Shown here: positions 1-16,640 of the stretch, in pieces
Position numbering within the stretch: the stretch's first letter is position 1
How the letters are laid out: each line of letters begins with the position of its first letter
Source of the DNA: the human T2T-CHM13v2.0 reference genome, Homo sapiens
Assembly (NCBI RefSeq): GCF_009914755.1
Contig: NC_060947.1
DNA length: 64,000 nt
Strand: one strand, 5' to 3'
The notes under the pieces: model-generated
Seen by the model: only the letters and a program-made list of their open reading frames with translations
Database searches by the model: none
Told to the model about the DNA's origin: nothing
Program-made: the position numbers and the translations under genes

Positions 1-1115
1 CAACCCCATCAAAAAGTGGGTGAAGGATATGAACAGATAGTTCTCAAAAGAAGACTTTTAGGTGGCCAACAAACATATGAAAAAAAGCTCATCATCACAG
101 GTCATTAGAGAAATGCAAATCAAAAGCACAATGAGATACCATCTAATGCCAGTTAGAAGGGCAATCGTTAAAAAGTCAGGAAACCAAACACTGCGTGTTC
201 TCACTCATAGGTGGGAATTGAACAATGAGAAAACTTGGACACAGGAAGGGGAACATCACACACCGGGGCCTGTCATGGGGTGGGGGGAGGGGGGAGGGAT
301 AGCACTGGGAGATATACCTAATGTAAATGACGAGTTAATGGGTGCAGCACACCAACACGGCACATGTATACATAAGTAACAAACCTGCATGTTGTGCACA
401 TGTACCCTAGAACTTAAAGTATAATAAAAAAAAAAAAAGGAAAAAAAGTCAGGAAACAACAGATTCTGGAGAGGATGTGGAGAAATGGGAACACTTTTAC
501 ACTGTTGGTGGGAATGTAAATTAGTTCAACCATTGTATAAGACAGTGTGGCAATTCCTCAAGGATCTATAACCAGAAATACCATTTGACCCAGCAATCCC
601 ATTACTGGGTATATACCCAAAGGATTATAAATCATTCTTCTATAAAGACAGATGCACACACATGTTTATTGCAGCACTATAAACGCAATAGCAAAGACTT
701 GGAACCAACTCAAATGCCCATCAGTGACAGACTGGATAAAGCAAATCTGGCACATATATATCATGGAATACTATGCAGCCATAAAAGGATGAGTTCATGT
801 CCTTTGCAGGGTCATAGATGAAGCTGGAAACCATTGTTCTCAGCAAACTAACACAGGAACAGAAAACCAAACACTGCATGTTCTCACTCATAAGTGGGAG
901 TTGAACAATGAGAACACATGGACACAAGTAGGGGAACAGTACACACTGGGGCCTGTTGGGGGGGTGAGGGGCTAGGGGAGGGATAGCATTAGAAGAAATA
1001 CCTAATGTAGATGATGGGTTGATGGGTGCAGCAAACCACCATGGCATGTGTACACTTATGTAACAAACCTGCACGTTCTGCACATGTATCCCAAAACTTA
1101 AAGTATAATAAAAAA
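1..1115 (+). mobile_element. L1PA7/8-like LINE-1 3' end (ORF2 C-terminus and 3'UTR), interrupted at 185-457; 5' part lies outside the window
   Basis: Translates to an ORF2 C-terminal remnant (MKKSSSS..REMQIK..MRYHL). The 3'UTR GGGCTAGGGGAGGGATAGCATTAG ends in AAAGTATAATAAAAAA at ~1115. Confidence 0.9.
185..442 (+). mobile_element. Short 5'-truncated younger L1PA (PA4/5-like) 3' end nested in the older L1
   Basis: L1 3'UTR plus poly(A), flanked by the 15-bp TSD AAAAAGTCAGGAAAC (170-184 and 443-457). Confidence 0.92.
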
Positions 1116-2270
1116 TATCTAACGGTAAAAAAGCTTACAACAAAAGTCATAAAAGAAGATATGGAAAAGAACATTTTAATTTTATTCAGATAAACTGGAA
1201 ATGAGGTATATTAACCATAAACAAAAAGTTGAACATTTGACAACATTAAAATAAAAACTGTTCAATAGAAGACATCATTAAGAAAGTGAAAAGTAAAGCC
1301 ATACAATTGGAGAAGACATTTGTAATAAATGTAATGTACAACATGCTTTAATATAGAATCTATAACTACCTACCACAAAAAGCCCAGTAGAAAAATGGCT
1401 ATGGAACCTCAACTGGTACTGCATAAAAAATCATAGCCAAAGGGAAAGTGGACAAATGAAAATGCTCAAAGAAACGCAAACTGAACCCACAATGTTATAT
1501 AGCTATATAACCCAATAAAACAGCAAAGAGGTAGAAAGTAGAATGGTGCTTACAAGAGGCTGGGAAGAGGAAGGCACAGAAAAGTTGGTTAAGAAAATTT
1601 GGCTAATGGGTACACAATACATTTAGATTGAAGGAATAAGTTCTAGTATTTGATAGCCAGTAGGGTGACTATAGTTAACAATAATTTATTGTGTATTGCA
1701 AAATCACTAAAAGAGAAGATTTGGAATGTTGCCAATTCAAAGAAATGGTAAAATTTGAGATACTGGGTATCACAATTTCTCTGGTTTGATCATTGCGCAT
1801 TGTATGCATACATCAAAATATCATGTGTGACCCAGAAATATGTAAAATCATGATGTATCAATAAAAAAGAGAATAGAAAATATTATATGATGGTGAAAAC
1901 GTAAAGGGCATTCTCAACCCTGGTGCTATTAAATCACTTTGCAGAAGAGTTTTATATCATCCTTCTAAGTTGAACGAATGAATACATTCATATCTAGCAA
2001 TTCACTTACCACAAAAGTACATGAACATTTATACCAGAGTAAATTTGAAGAAATGTTTGTGGAAACATTATTCATGATATAAAATACTTGAACGCACTGA
2101 AATGTCTATCAATAATATAATGGATAAATATATTGTGTTATTATATTCATACAGTGGAAGACACATAGCAATGAACGTGAACAAAACACAATTACACCTA
2201 CATATTGATATGAATGGATCTCATAAACCTAAGTGTGAGTGAAAGTATCCAGACACAGTAGGAAAAGTAA
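1116..2270 (+). mobile_element. Old L1M (L1ME-like) remnant containing an L1MA-type 3' end at ~1528-1868
   Basis: Degenerate ORF2-end motifs. The L1MA 3'UTR motifs GGAATAAGTTCTAGTATTTGATAG and GGGTGACTATAGTTAACAATAAT are followed by an A-tail. Confidence 0.65.
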
Positions 2271-2272
2271 TA

Positions 2273-2590
2273 CAGATGTTCCTTGACTTACAGTGGGGTT
2301 ACATCCTGATAAACCCATAATAGGTTGAGGGTATTTTAAGTCAAAAATGCATTTAATACACCTAACCTACTGAACATCATAGCTTAGCCTAGCCTACCAT
2401 AAAAATGCTCAGAACATTTCTGTTAGTCTACACTTGGGCAGTAGTAAAGTGTTGAATATCTCATGTAATTTATTGAATAATCTACTGAAAGTGAAACAGA
2501 ATGGTTGTATGGGTACCTGTACTATGGCTTCACACCATTTTAAGGTCCAAAAATCATAAGTTGAATCATTTTAAGTTGGGAGACTATTTG
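2273..2590 (+). mobile_element. MER47A (TcMar-Tigger non-autonomous DNA transposon)
   Basis: Starts CAGATGTTCCTTGACTTAC, ends with the degenerate TIR AAGTTGGGAGACTATTTG and is flanked by TA (2271-2272, 2591-2592). Internal AACCTACTGAACATCATAGCTTAGCCTAGCCTAC matches my recall of MER47A. Confidence 0.85.
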
Positions 2591-3064
2591 TATGTGATTT
2601 TATTCACATATCTGTATGTAACAAGTTAACAAGCAAAGCTCAAATCTACTTTTAATCGATTGCAGGTTTAGGGAGAAATCACATTAAAAATTATTATGAG
2701 ATTACCATTAAAGTCAACATTGTAATTTCTTTTATGCATAAAGTGAACATAGTGATTTGGAAGGGGCAAAAAAAAAACTTTAGGCTTCTGGCATTGTCCT
2801 ATTTCTTGAACTGAGTAGTAGTCTCATGAACTTCTGCTTTGTGAAAAATCTACGAACTGCACATTTTAGTTTTGCACATTTATATTCATGGGTGTTATAT
2901 CTAATTAAATGAAATAGTAAAGAAAACTCAACCTAATTCTACCTTTCATGGAAAGAACGGAACTCAGAATACTTCATGATTGCATGCATAAAAAATGAGG
3001 CAGTTGTGAAATAAGCTAATTATGAAATCAAAGAAATTTATATGTTAGCTTCAAAACATATTGT

Positions 3065-3270
3065 CAGCTGTTATTAACCTAGGGTTGTTCTCCTCTCTTA
3101 GAGTGCATTTGGAAATGTGTGAAGGCATTTCATGTCATTACAATTACCAGTTCCTGGCACTTAGTACCCTGGGGCCAAGGATGCAAACATTATCCGATAT
3201 GAGGAATAGTATGACACAACAAATCATTGCCCTGCCTCAAATGTCAACAGTATCCTTTTTCAGAAATATG
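3065..3270 (+). mobile_element. MER20-like hAT-Charlie MITE
   Basis: About 205 bp, with motifs CATTTGGAAATGT, CTGGCACTTAGT..GGCCAAGGATGC and CAAATGTCAACAGT in MER20 order. Confidence 0.55.
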
Positions 3271-4457
3271 CAGGCTAAGTTAAAATGATTTGGCAAAAAT
3301 TTCCAAGAGTTATATAAAGCCATACCAGTTCTAAATTATGCTGTAAAACACATATATGTTTAGTGCTACAAAGGGCCAAGCTACTTAAACATGTATTACA
3401 TGTAGCTCATACCACTCCAAATACTGCTTCCATTTATTGATGAATTTTCTTTTAGAGAATTGTGTTAGCATCAGGTAGCTATAGTCAAAGCTTTCTTCTG
3501 GTTGAAAGTTTATAGATGTAAATGCATACATACTACATAGATTTGTGTCCCTGAAGATTCTCTTTAAAAATCATTCTTGTTTATTTTATTCCACACTGTT
3601 ATATGTTATTTGTAAAATCTTCACATTCTAATATTTCAGGTAATTCTCAAAATATTTTAGCTTCACAGTTTATGCAACAGTGTGGCCATAACAGCCCTTA
3701 AATCTAGAAAAGTAGATTCCTCAATCATTCTAACATTTTAACACATACCTGCATACAAGAGAACTCCCAATTCATTTCAAGTATATTATAGTGAACTAAA
3801 AGTGTAAGTGCTATGTTTAAGTCCTCTTTAAATACTTATTTTCAAGTTTTAGTGGAAACTTCTTTTATATGATTTTATTTAATTCTTCAGCTTTCTTGTA
3901 TCTATTTGCTAACATTTCAAAGGTTCCTTAATGGCAATGCTTTTAACTTTGTTGGAGAATTGTGGCTATTTTATTAAACTTATCTCCCTAAATATTACTT
4001 AATATAACTATATTTCTCTGTGATCCAATTTATTATGCTGAGATATGATTGTATTTTATGTACTTTTCAATATTGCATAAAAGTGATTATCTCAAACTTA
4101 TCACCAATAAAATATATTTTCAGTATTAAATTACATCAAATGCAAAATGGGATGGCCTAGGAAATACAGCAGGTTAATACACCTTACGAAGAAAAAAAAG
4201 TATCATTTTTCTTTACAGGAGGAATAAAGTTAAATACAGCCCAGAAAATCTCTGTAAGATGAGGAAAGTTGTTACTCAAAAGAAGAAACATATTAAACAA
4301 TCATTGAGCTGGTTCCTGATTCAGTGGCTTTCTTTCATTAACATATGCTGCTACTCTAATTCTCATCAACCAAAATGTTATCTACTTTTAAAATTCAATT
4401 CAATTAAAATCAGTGGTGATGCTTTTAAGTGAAGTAACAAATGTCAGACAGGATCAT

Positions 4458-4461
<4 letters not shown>

Positions 4462-4497
<36 letters not shown>

Positions 4498-4504
4498 GAG
4501 AGAG
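4462..4504. repeat. (GA)n microsatellite
   Basis: About 21 GA units with one GC interruption. Confidence 0.95.
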
Positions 4505-4894
4505 GGAGATGGTGAGTGAGTTTTAATATGGTGACTTTGAGTTATCTTTGGAATTTAATAGTTCAGAATATTTTGTAAACAACTGAAAATGCTACTTTGA
4601 AATCCCAAGTAAAAAGAACCAAAGATGAAACTCTAGGGAATATTAAAAATATAATTAAAAAGAGAAACCTAGGGAAACTAATCTGGAGGTCCTGAGAGGT
4701 AGAAAAAGACCCGGAGATAGTGGTGGCATGAAGGCCAAGTGAGAGCGTGAGAGCAATTTCAGGAATGTTCATCACAAATGCCCTAGAGACATTATATAAA
4801 ACACAAAGAGTAAGTCATTAACTTATTTAATTAGGAGATCTTTCATAACTTTTATAAAGAGAAGTTTCAGCAGAATAGAGACAAGAATTTTTAT

Positions 4895-4990
4895 GCAGGC
4901 AGAGTCTGGGTGTATCTTATTCATCACTGTATTTTAATTTCCAAGCATAGTACCCAGCACATATGTATGCCCAATGAGTATTTATTAGGA
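4895..4990 (+). mobile_element. L2 3'-end fragment
   Basis: TCTTATTCATCACTGTAT..AGCATAGTACCCAGCACATA..CAATGAGTATTTATT resembles the L2 tail. Confidence 0.5.
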
Positions 4991-5339
4991 TAAAGTTAAC
5001 TAGAAACTGAGGAATGATCTAAAAAAAAAAAAAAGAGAAGATGGAGAATGTCCTAACACTGAAGCTGGAGTAAGAGATGAGGATATATTGATACTTAGAG
5101 AAAAAAAGAATCAGAGAATGGTTTCTTTCTTTATTTTAGAAATGGGTAGAAGACACCTAATTACATTTACAGAAAATGAGAAAAAGCCATTGAAAATGGA
5201 GGAGAGGCAAAACTAATAGACCATGACGGCTAAAAGGACCTTCATCTGTATCTGTTCCAGTCAGGAGAAGACCAAGATATTTACAGAAAAGTAAAAGTGA
5301 TTTAGGAATTCCCTACCATCCTCTGGCTATCAACAGGAC

Positions 5340-5530
5340 AACAACAATAATAGTAGCTAATATGTATTATGTGCTTAATAAGTGGATTTTTTATACTAAT
5401 AGCATGTACAAACTGATTATTAGATATTGTCCTCTTATTAGATATTGTTATTAGGTATCACCTTAAAATATAATACTATTTCAATTTTGCAAATAAAGAA
5501 ACTGAAGCAAAGTAAAAAAAAAACATTTAA
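5340..5530 (-). mobile_element. MIR remnant
   Basis: AATAATAGTAGCTAATATGTATT..TGCTTA and ATTTTGCAAATAAAGAAACTGAAGC correspond to the MIR core in reverse orientation. Confidence 0.5.
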
Positions 5531-6039
5531 ATAAGAAAAAAGTGAGTGCACACTATTTGCTTAGCACTGTATTTAATGCTATGGTGTTAAAGGGGAATCT
5601 ATATGCAGCGTAGAACACAGTCTCTGTGTTTTAGGGATTGACACATGGGTGTTTCATGAAAAATATGTAGCAAAATATCCAAGGAGAATCCCATCTCTTT
5701 TCCAGGCATGAGATTAAACAATAGGTTGTTGATACAATTAAATGAAACAAAACTGACCAGCAAGTAGCCAGAAAACCAGGGTGATCCCAAACCAAATATT
5801 ACTTAATGTTATATTAAGTAGAAAATAAAGTGATGATCACATTATTCAGATTTTTTTTCCCACAAAGAAGTCACTTTTTCATTACTTCTTTTGGAAAATG
5901 GTTTAGGAATTTTAAAAATACATTTTATACGCATTTTCTTCTTAAAATTGATTTGCATATACAAGTCAGCAGAAAACAGATATATTCAAAATGCAATGAA
6001 GTCAACATAAATGCTATAATCTCAGACATATATGTTTAT

Positions 6040-6400
6040 TTTGGAAATATTAATATTTTTACTACATACCAGGTGCTGTGTTAGGTATTTGGAATTAAAC
6101 ACAAATGCCAAAGTCACTTTTTGAAAGAAGCCTTCAATCTAATGGATGGAACTGATACACAAATGAATACTTTCAGTACAATGTTGAGATTGCCATGATA
6201 TAAATATGCACAGGGCATTATGGGAGCATAAAGAGCACCTCATCCCAATGTGAGAATTAAGAGAATGGCTTATTGTTAGCAAAACATGACACTTGAACTG
6301 AGGTTTGATGCATAAATAAATAAGATGGAGAAAGTGCTCTTAATGGAAGAAACAGGAGAAGCAAAATTTCAGAGATGTAAAGCTTTATGTGTGTAAGTAA
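6040..6400 (-). mobile_element. L2 remnant
   Basis: CTACATACCAGGTGCTGTGTTAGG..TCAATCTAATGG..GGGAGCATAAAG..CTTGAACTGAGG resembles the reverse L2 3' region. Confidence 0.5.
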
Positions 6401-8857
6401 TGAATAATGAGAGTACAACCATTTCACTCTTAAATAAAGGGCTGCATTTATTAGAATTAAGTTGAATTAAATACAGATGTATGAAGCAGTAAACCCAATA
6501 ATAGTAATAAAACAACTTTTAAGGTTTTTTTTTCTTTCAAACACAGCCTAATGATAGCTGAATGAGAGCTTATATGATGCATCACCAGGTACCTTCTATT
6601 TTGTTGTTTTCCAACAATAGTAGAGGATACTTACAGGGTCTTTGCTATTATTCCTGCATTTTATTTAGTAGTATTAAGACCTGGAGAAGGGCATGTCCCA
6701 TTTATTCACATTGCAAGCACCATTTCTGCTACATACCATTTTTCATAACCTATTTACGTGAGCATATCCAGCTGTAAATGGGACTGGGGTATGCAATCTT
6801 TTTTGTATTGTCCATTTGCCAAGCTAAAAACCAAGGAGTTCATTTAAATAACTAAATTGAAAAAATACCTGAGACAAAAGGGACGTGAGTATTCAGGGCC
6901 CTCTGAAGTCAGAGAGATCACATGATATACGGTTTATGAGTTAGAGAAAGGATATATGATAGAGAACATTATGAGACAATTAATAGTTTGGCCACCACTA
7001 CTGCCTTTGATATATCTTGAGATAAAGGGAGTAAATATAAACGAATAAAAATAATAAAACAGATAGGAGTGAGGATTAAGACGACAGATAGGAGGCAGCA
7101 GGACTAGCTTGCAGCTCCCACTTGGATGGACAGAGCAGTGTGTGGAGAATCACACTGTGAATTTTTTCTCCAAGAACTGCTGCAGGAACATACCAGGAAA
7201 GCTGGGAGAATCCACAGACCTTTAAAGAAACTGGATCATGGCTGCAGGCTCCCTTAGATGCTGAAAAACTGTGAGTCTGCTTGCATTTGTAATGGGGAGG
7301 CTTGTGGTCTGGGGCAGGTTCTAAGCCTTGGTCACTGGCTGCCTGGAAATAGAGTCAGTGCTGTTGGGAGGCACAGTGGGAGTGAGACTGGCCTTTATGA
7401 CTGTGGGCTGCATGGGAGTGGGGTGAGGCCTGTGACTGCCAACTTTCCCCCACTTCCCTGGTGGCCTGTATGACTCAGCAGAGGCAGCCATGTGGGAATA
7501 TAACTCCACTGAACTGGGAATCACACCCCAATCTCACACAGCAGCCACAGCAAGCCATGCCCAAAGAGAGGCTGAACGCAGATATGCCTATCCCTGTCTT
7601 CACCTGGTGGTCTTTCTCTACCTGCCCTGGTAGCCAAAGAAAAAGGTCATAATCTCTTGGGAGCTCTATGGTCCTGCCTACTGCCTGAGAAACCTGAATA
7701 CTTAACCAGGTGTCCCTAGCGCAAGTTTGCATCCTGCCTATAGGACCACAGCTTATGTGCTCTTGAAAGTGCCACCTCCTGGCTAGAGGCCAACCAACAC
7801 ACAAAAAAGAACAGTAAACAAAAACGCAACCAAGGATCCTAACAGAGTCCACTTCACACCCCTGCTACCTCCACTGGAGCAAGTTGCCAGTATCCACTGC
7901 TGCAAGACCTGAAGATGAATCACATTACAGGACCCTATGCAGACACTCCCCAGTACCAACCTAGAGCCTGGTAGCTCTGCTGTGTGGCTAGACCCAAAAG
8001 AGCAAAAACAATCACTACAGTTTGGCTCTAAGGAAGCCCCATTCCTAGGGGAAGTGGGAGAACACCACATCAAGGGAGTATCTCATGGGACAAAATATGA
8101 CAAAACAAGGTTCTTTAACATCCCCAAAAGATCATACCAGCTCACCAGCAATGAATTTAAACCAAGATGAAATCTCTGAATTGCCAGAAAAAAAATTCAG
8201 AAGGTCGACTATTAAGCTAATCAAGGAGATCCCAGAGAAAGGTAAATCCAACTTAAAGAAATCAAAGACATGATATAGCATATGAAAGGAATATTCTTCA
8301 GTGAAATAAATAGCATAAATAAAAAACAATCACAACTTCTGGAAATCAAGGACACACTTAGAGAAATGCAAAATGCACTGGAAAGTCTCAGCAACAGAAC
8401 AGAACAAACAGAAGACAGAACTTAAGAGTTCAAAGACTAGACTTTTGAATTAACGCAATCCATCAAAGACAAAGAAAAAAGAATTTTAAAAAAAGCCTCC
8501 AAGAAGGTTGAGACTATGTTAAATGTCCAAACCTAAGAATAATTGGTGTTCCCAAGGAAGAAGAGCAATCTAAAAGTTTGGAAAACATATTTGAGAAAAA
8601 TAATCAAAGAAAACTTCCCTGGCCTTGCTAGAGATCTATACATCCAAATACAAGAAGTTCAAAGAACACCTGGGAAATTCATCAAAAAAAGAGCATCACC
8701 TGGGCACATATTCATCAAGTTATATAAGTCAAGACAAATAAAATAATCTTAGGAGCTGTGAGGCAAAAATACTAGGTAACCTAAAAAGGAAAACCTATCA
8801 GATTAACAGCAGATTTCTCAGCAGAAACCCCATAAGCTAGAGGGGACTGCGGTCCTA

Positions 8858-11721
<2,864 letters not shown>

Positions 11722-11784
11722 TTTGATGTTAGCTGGTTATTTTGCTCATTAGTTGATGCAGTTTCTTCCTAGTCTCGATGGTCT

Positions 11785-12203
11785 TTACATTTTGGCATGA
11801 TTTTGCAGCAGCTGGTACCAGTTGTGCCTTTCCATGTTTAGTGCTTCCTTCAGGAGCTCTTTTAGGGCAGGCCCGGTGGTGACAAAATCCCTCTGCATTT
11901 GCTTGTCTGTAAAGTATTTTATTTCTCCTTCACTTATGAAGCTTAGTTTGGCTGGATATGAAATTCTGGGCTGAAAATTCTTTTCTTTAACAATGTTGCA
12001 TATTGGCCCCCAGTCTCTTCTGGCTTGTAGAGTTTCTGCCGAGAGATCCGCTGTTAGTCTGATGGGCTTCCCTTTGTGGGTAACCCGACCTTTCTCTCTG
12101 GCTGCCCTTAACATTTTTTCCTTCATTTCAACTTTAGTGAATCTGACAATTATGTGTCTTGGAGTTGCTCTTCTCGAGGAGTATCTTTGGGGTGTTCTCT
12201 GTA
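11785..12203 (-). pseudogene. L1 ORF1p C-terminal half (5'-truncated)
   Basis: [51 protein letters not shown], separated from ORF2 by the 63-nt spacer. Confidence 0.92.
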
Positions 12204-14755
12204 AAATGCTCATCATCACTGGCCATCAGAGAAATGCAAATCAAAACCACAATGAGATGCCATCTCACACCAGTTAGAATGGCAATCATTAAAAAGTCAG
12301 GAAACAACAGGTGCTAGAGAGGATGTGGAGAAATAGGAACACTTTTACATTGTTGGTGGGACTGTAAACTAGTTCAACCATTGTGGAAGTCAGTGTGGCA
12401 ATTCCTCAGGGATCTAGAACTAGAAATACCATTTGACCCAGCCATCCCATTACTGGGTATATACCCAAAGGACTATAAATCATGCTGCTATAAAGACACA
12501 TGCACATGTATGTTTATTGCGGCACTATTCACAATAGCAAAGACTTGGAACCAACCCAAATGTCCAAAAATGATAGACTGGATTAAGAAAATGTGGCACA
12601 TATACACCATGGAATACTATGCAGCCATAAAAAATGATGAGTTAATGTCCTTTGTAGAGACATGGATGAAATTGGAAATCATCATTCTCAATAAACTATC
12701 GCAAGGACAGAAAACCAAACACTGCATGTTCTCACTCATAGATGGGAATTGAACAGTGAGAACACATGAACACAGGAAGGGGAATATCACACTCTGTGGA
12801 CTGTTGTGGGGTGGGGGTAGGGGGGAGAGATAGCATTAAGAGATATACCTAATGCTAAATGACGAGTTAATGGGTGCAGCACACCAGCATGGCACATGTA
12901 TAGATGTGTAACTAACCTGCACATTGTGCACATGTACCCTAAAACTTAAAGTATAATAATAATAATAAAGAAAAAAAAAGAATGGAACCATTTTTCTCTT
13001 ATCTACCTGTTACCTGAATGTCTGGGGTGGGGAGGGGCGGGGGCTTGCTTTGGATTGTCCCCACCTTTCTGGACAGAACGAATGTACTGCCTACATATAT
13101 TAATTGACGTGTCATGTCTCCCTAAAATATATAAAACCAAGCTGTACCTCAACTGCCTTGTGCACATGTTGTGAGAACCTCCTGAGGCTGTGTCACAGGT
13201 GCATCCTCAACCTTGGCAAAATAAACTTTCTAAATTAACTGAGACCTGTCTCAGATTTTCTGGCTTCACAGCTTCCTTAAACAAAACAATTATCAGCCCA
13301 AAATTTTGTATCCAGCAAAACTAAGCTTCATAAATGAAGGAAAGATTCAGTCTTTTCCAGAGAAACAAATGCTGAGAGAATTTGCCACTACCTAGTCAGC
13401 ACTACAAGAACAGCTAAAAGGAGCTCTAAATTTTTAAACAAATACTTGAAGTACACCAGAATAGAACCTCCTTAAAGCATAAATCTCACAGGACCTATAT
13501 AACAATAACACAATGAAAAATAAAACAGGTATACAGGCAAAAAATAGCATGATGAATAGAATAGTATCTCAAATATCAATACTAACATTGAATGTACATG
13601 GCCTGAATGCTCCACGTAAAATATACAGAATGGCAGAATGGATAAGAACTCACCAACCAGGGTTCGGCTGTCTTCAAGAGACTAACCTAACACATAAGGT
13701 CTCACATAAACTTAAGGTAAAGGGGTGAAAAAATATATTCCATACAAATAGACACCAAAAGCAAGTACAAGTAGCTATTCTTATATCAGAAAAAAACAAA
13801 CTTTAAAGTAACAACAGTTAAAAAAGACAAAGAGGGACATTATAAAATGATGAAAGAACTAGTCCAATAGGAAAATGTCACAGTTCTAAATATATATGCA
13901 CCTAACACTGGAGCTTCAAAATTTATAAAACAATTACTAAAAGACCTAAAAAATGAGATAGAAAACAACTCAATAATAGTGGGGGGCTTTAATACTCCAC
14001 TAACAACACTAGACAGGTCAAGACAGAGAATCAACAAAGAAGCAATGGACTTAAAATATACCCTACAACAAATGGACTTAAAAGATATTTACAGAACATC
14101 TACCCAACAACTGCAGAATATACATTCTTTTCATCACCACGAGAAACATTCTCCAAGATAGACCATATGATAGACCACAAAACAAGTCTCAGTAAATTTA
14201 AGAAAATCAAAATTATATCAAGTACTCTTTCAGACCACAGTGAAATAAAATTGGAAATCAACTCCAAAAGGAACCCTCAAAACCAGGCAATATATGGAAA
14301 TTAAATAACCTGCTCCTGAGTGATCACTGGGTAAACAATGAAATCAAGATAGAAATTTAAAAGTTCTTCAAACTTAATGATAATAGTGATACAACCTATC
14401 AAAACCTCTGGGATACAGCAAAAGCAGTGTTAAGAGGAAAGTTCATAGCATTAAATGCCTACATCAAAAAGTCTAAAAGAGCACAAATAGACAATCTAAG
14501 GTCACACCTCATGAAATTGGGAAAACGAAAACAATCCAAACACAAACCCAACAGAAGGAAAGAAATACAAAGGTCAGAGCAAAACTAAATGAAATTGAAA
14601 CAAAAAAAAATACAAAAGATAAATGAAACAAAAATCTGGTTTTTTGAAAATATATATAAAATTGAAAGACCATTAATGAATTTAATGAAGAAAAGAAGAG
14701 AGAAGATGCAAATAAGCTCAATCAGAAACAAAATGGGAGATATTACAACTGATAC

Positions 14756-15390
14756 TAAAGAGGCTTCATTGTCTGAGGTAAATATCCGAGGTTCATTGTC
14801 TCATGCCAAGAAAATCAAGGACGTGGACACACAAGAAGTGAGTTTAAGACAGAAGTTTTAATATATGAGAGAAAAGAGAAAAGCTCTCTCTCCTGCAGAG
14901 AGAGAGAGAGACTTCTGAGTGGGTCTTCTGGTTCCATGGTGAAATGCATGGGGTTTTATAAATGAGCTTGTGGAGGCAGTACCTGATATACATAGGGCAC
15001 AAGAGATTGGTTGGACCAAATGTTCCATTTGCATAGCATGCAAAGAAGCTGGCCATCTCACTGTAATCTTTTATTATGCAGATGGGGTCTCTACCTGGCT
15101 GGTGCCACGTTGCCTGCTTTTTTACTGCACATGTGGCAACAAAGAAAAGAGGAGAATCCCCATGTTGAATACACTTGCATTTCAGGTATCCCTTGTCTAT
15201 AGGCACAGGTGCCGGCACTTACCTATGCAAGCTTTTAACTTGCTTACCTATGCTTGAAGCTTGAGCTTTAGGCTGCTTTGTGTTAGAAAAGAAATAATTT
15301 GGGAGCTGCTTTTTATTAAAAGGGATCCTTACCGAGGACTCTCTTACCTTCACTATCTGCCTAAATAATTTCTTTCTAGCTCCTGTATCA
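14756..15390 (-). mobile_element. MER50-like ERV1 solo LTR
   Basis: Minus strand starts TGATACAGGAGCTAGAAAGAAATTATTTAGGCAG. The 4-bp TSD ATAC (14752-14755 and 15391-15394) lies inside L1PB ORF2. Confidence 0.8.
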
Positions 15391-16640
15391 ATACCACAGA
15401 AATACAAAAAAAAAAAAAAAAAAAAAATCAATGCTACTGTGAACACCTTTACATGCTTAAACTGGAAAACCTAGAGGAGATAGATACATTTTGGGAAATA
15501 TAAAACCCTCCTAGATTAAACCAGGAATATATAGAATGTCTGAACAGACCAATAACAAGCAGTACGATTTAAATAGTAATTACAAATTGCCAACAAACAA
15601 AGTCGAGGACCACTGTGATTCACAGCTGAATTCTATCAAACATTCGAAAAAGAATTGGTACTGATCCTATTGACACTATTCCAAAGGATAAAGAGAGAAT
15701 CCTCCCTAAATCATTCTATAAAGCCAGTATTACCCTAATACCAAAACCAGGGAAGGACATAACCAAAAAAGAAAAGTACACACCAATATCCCTGATGAAC
15801 ATAGATGCAAATCTCCTCAACAAAATACTACCAAACTGAATCCAATAGCATATCAAAAAGATAATCCACCATGATCAAGTGGGTTTCATACCAGGAATGC
15901 AGGGATGGTTTAACATACATAGTCAATAAATGTGATACACCACATAAACAGAATTAAAAACAAAAATAACATGATCATCTCAGTAGACACAGAAAAGCAT
16001 TTGAAAAAATCTAGCATCCCTTTATGATCAAAACTCTCAGCAAAATTGGCATAGAAAGGGCATACCTTATGGAATATTGACTGTGGGCTTGTCATAGATG
16101 GCAATTTCACTACTAGGTAACCACACAGAGGAAAAGAAGTCATTATACGAAAAAGATAATCACACAAAAATGTTTACAGTGGCACAGTTTGCAATTGCAA
16201 AAATACAGAACCAGCCCAAATGCCCACAAATCAATTAGTGGATAAACAAAATATGGTACATACATACCATGGAATACTACTCAGCCATAAAAAGGAATGA
16301 AATAATGACATTTGCAGCAACTTGGATGGAATTGGAGACTATTTTTCTAAGTAAAGTGACTCAGGAATAGAAAACCAAACATTGTATGTTCTCATTAATA
16401 TGTGGGAGCTAATCTATGAGGACACAAAGGCATAAGAATAATACATTGGACTTTGGGGACTCAGGGGAATGGGTAGGGAATGGCAAAGGATAAAAGACTA
16501 CACATTGGGTACAGTTTACACTGCTTGGGTAATGGGTGCATCAAAATCTCAGAAATCACCAATAAAAAATTATTAATGGCACCAAACACCACCTGTTCCC
16601 ACAAAAACCTTTTGAAATAAAAAAAAATTAAAAAAAAAAC

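Noticed and set aside
277-299. G-quadruplex motif (also near 37087-37108)
   Set aside because: It is the standard G-rich tract of the L1PA 3'UTR and is not locus-specific.
4200-4260. Possible micro-exon (TTTTTCTTTACAG acceptor at 4218, GTAAGA ~35 nt later)
   Set aside because: Such motifs are frequent in AT-rich DNA, and there is no supporting ORF or neighbouring exon.
7035-7065. TSD for the L1PB element
   Set aside because: Only low-complexity A-rich similarity to the 16620-16650 region, so it cannot be called.
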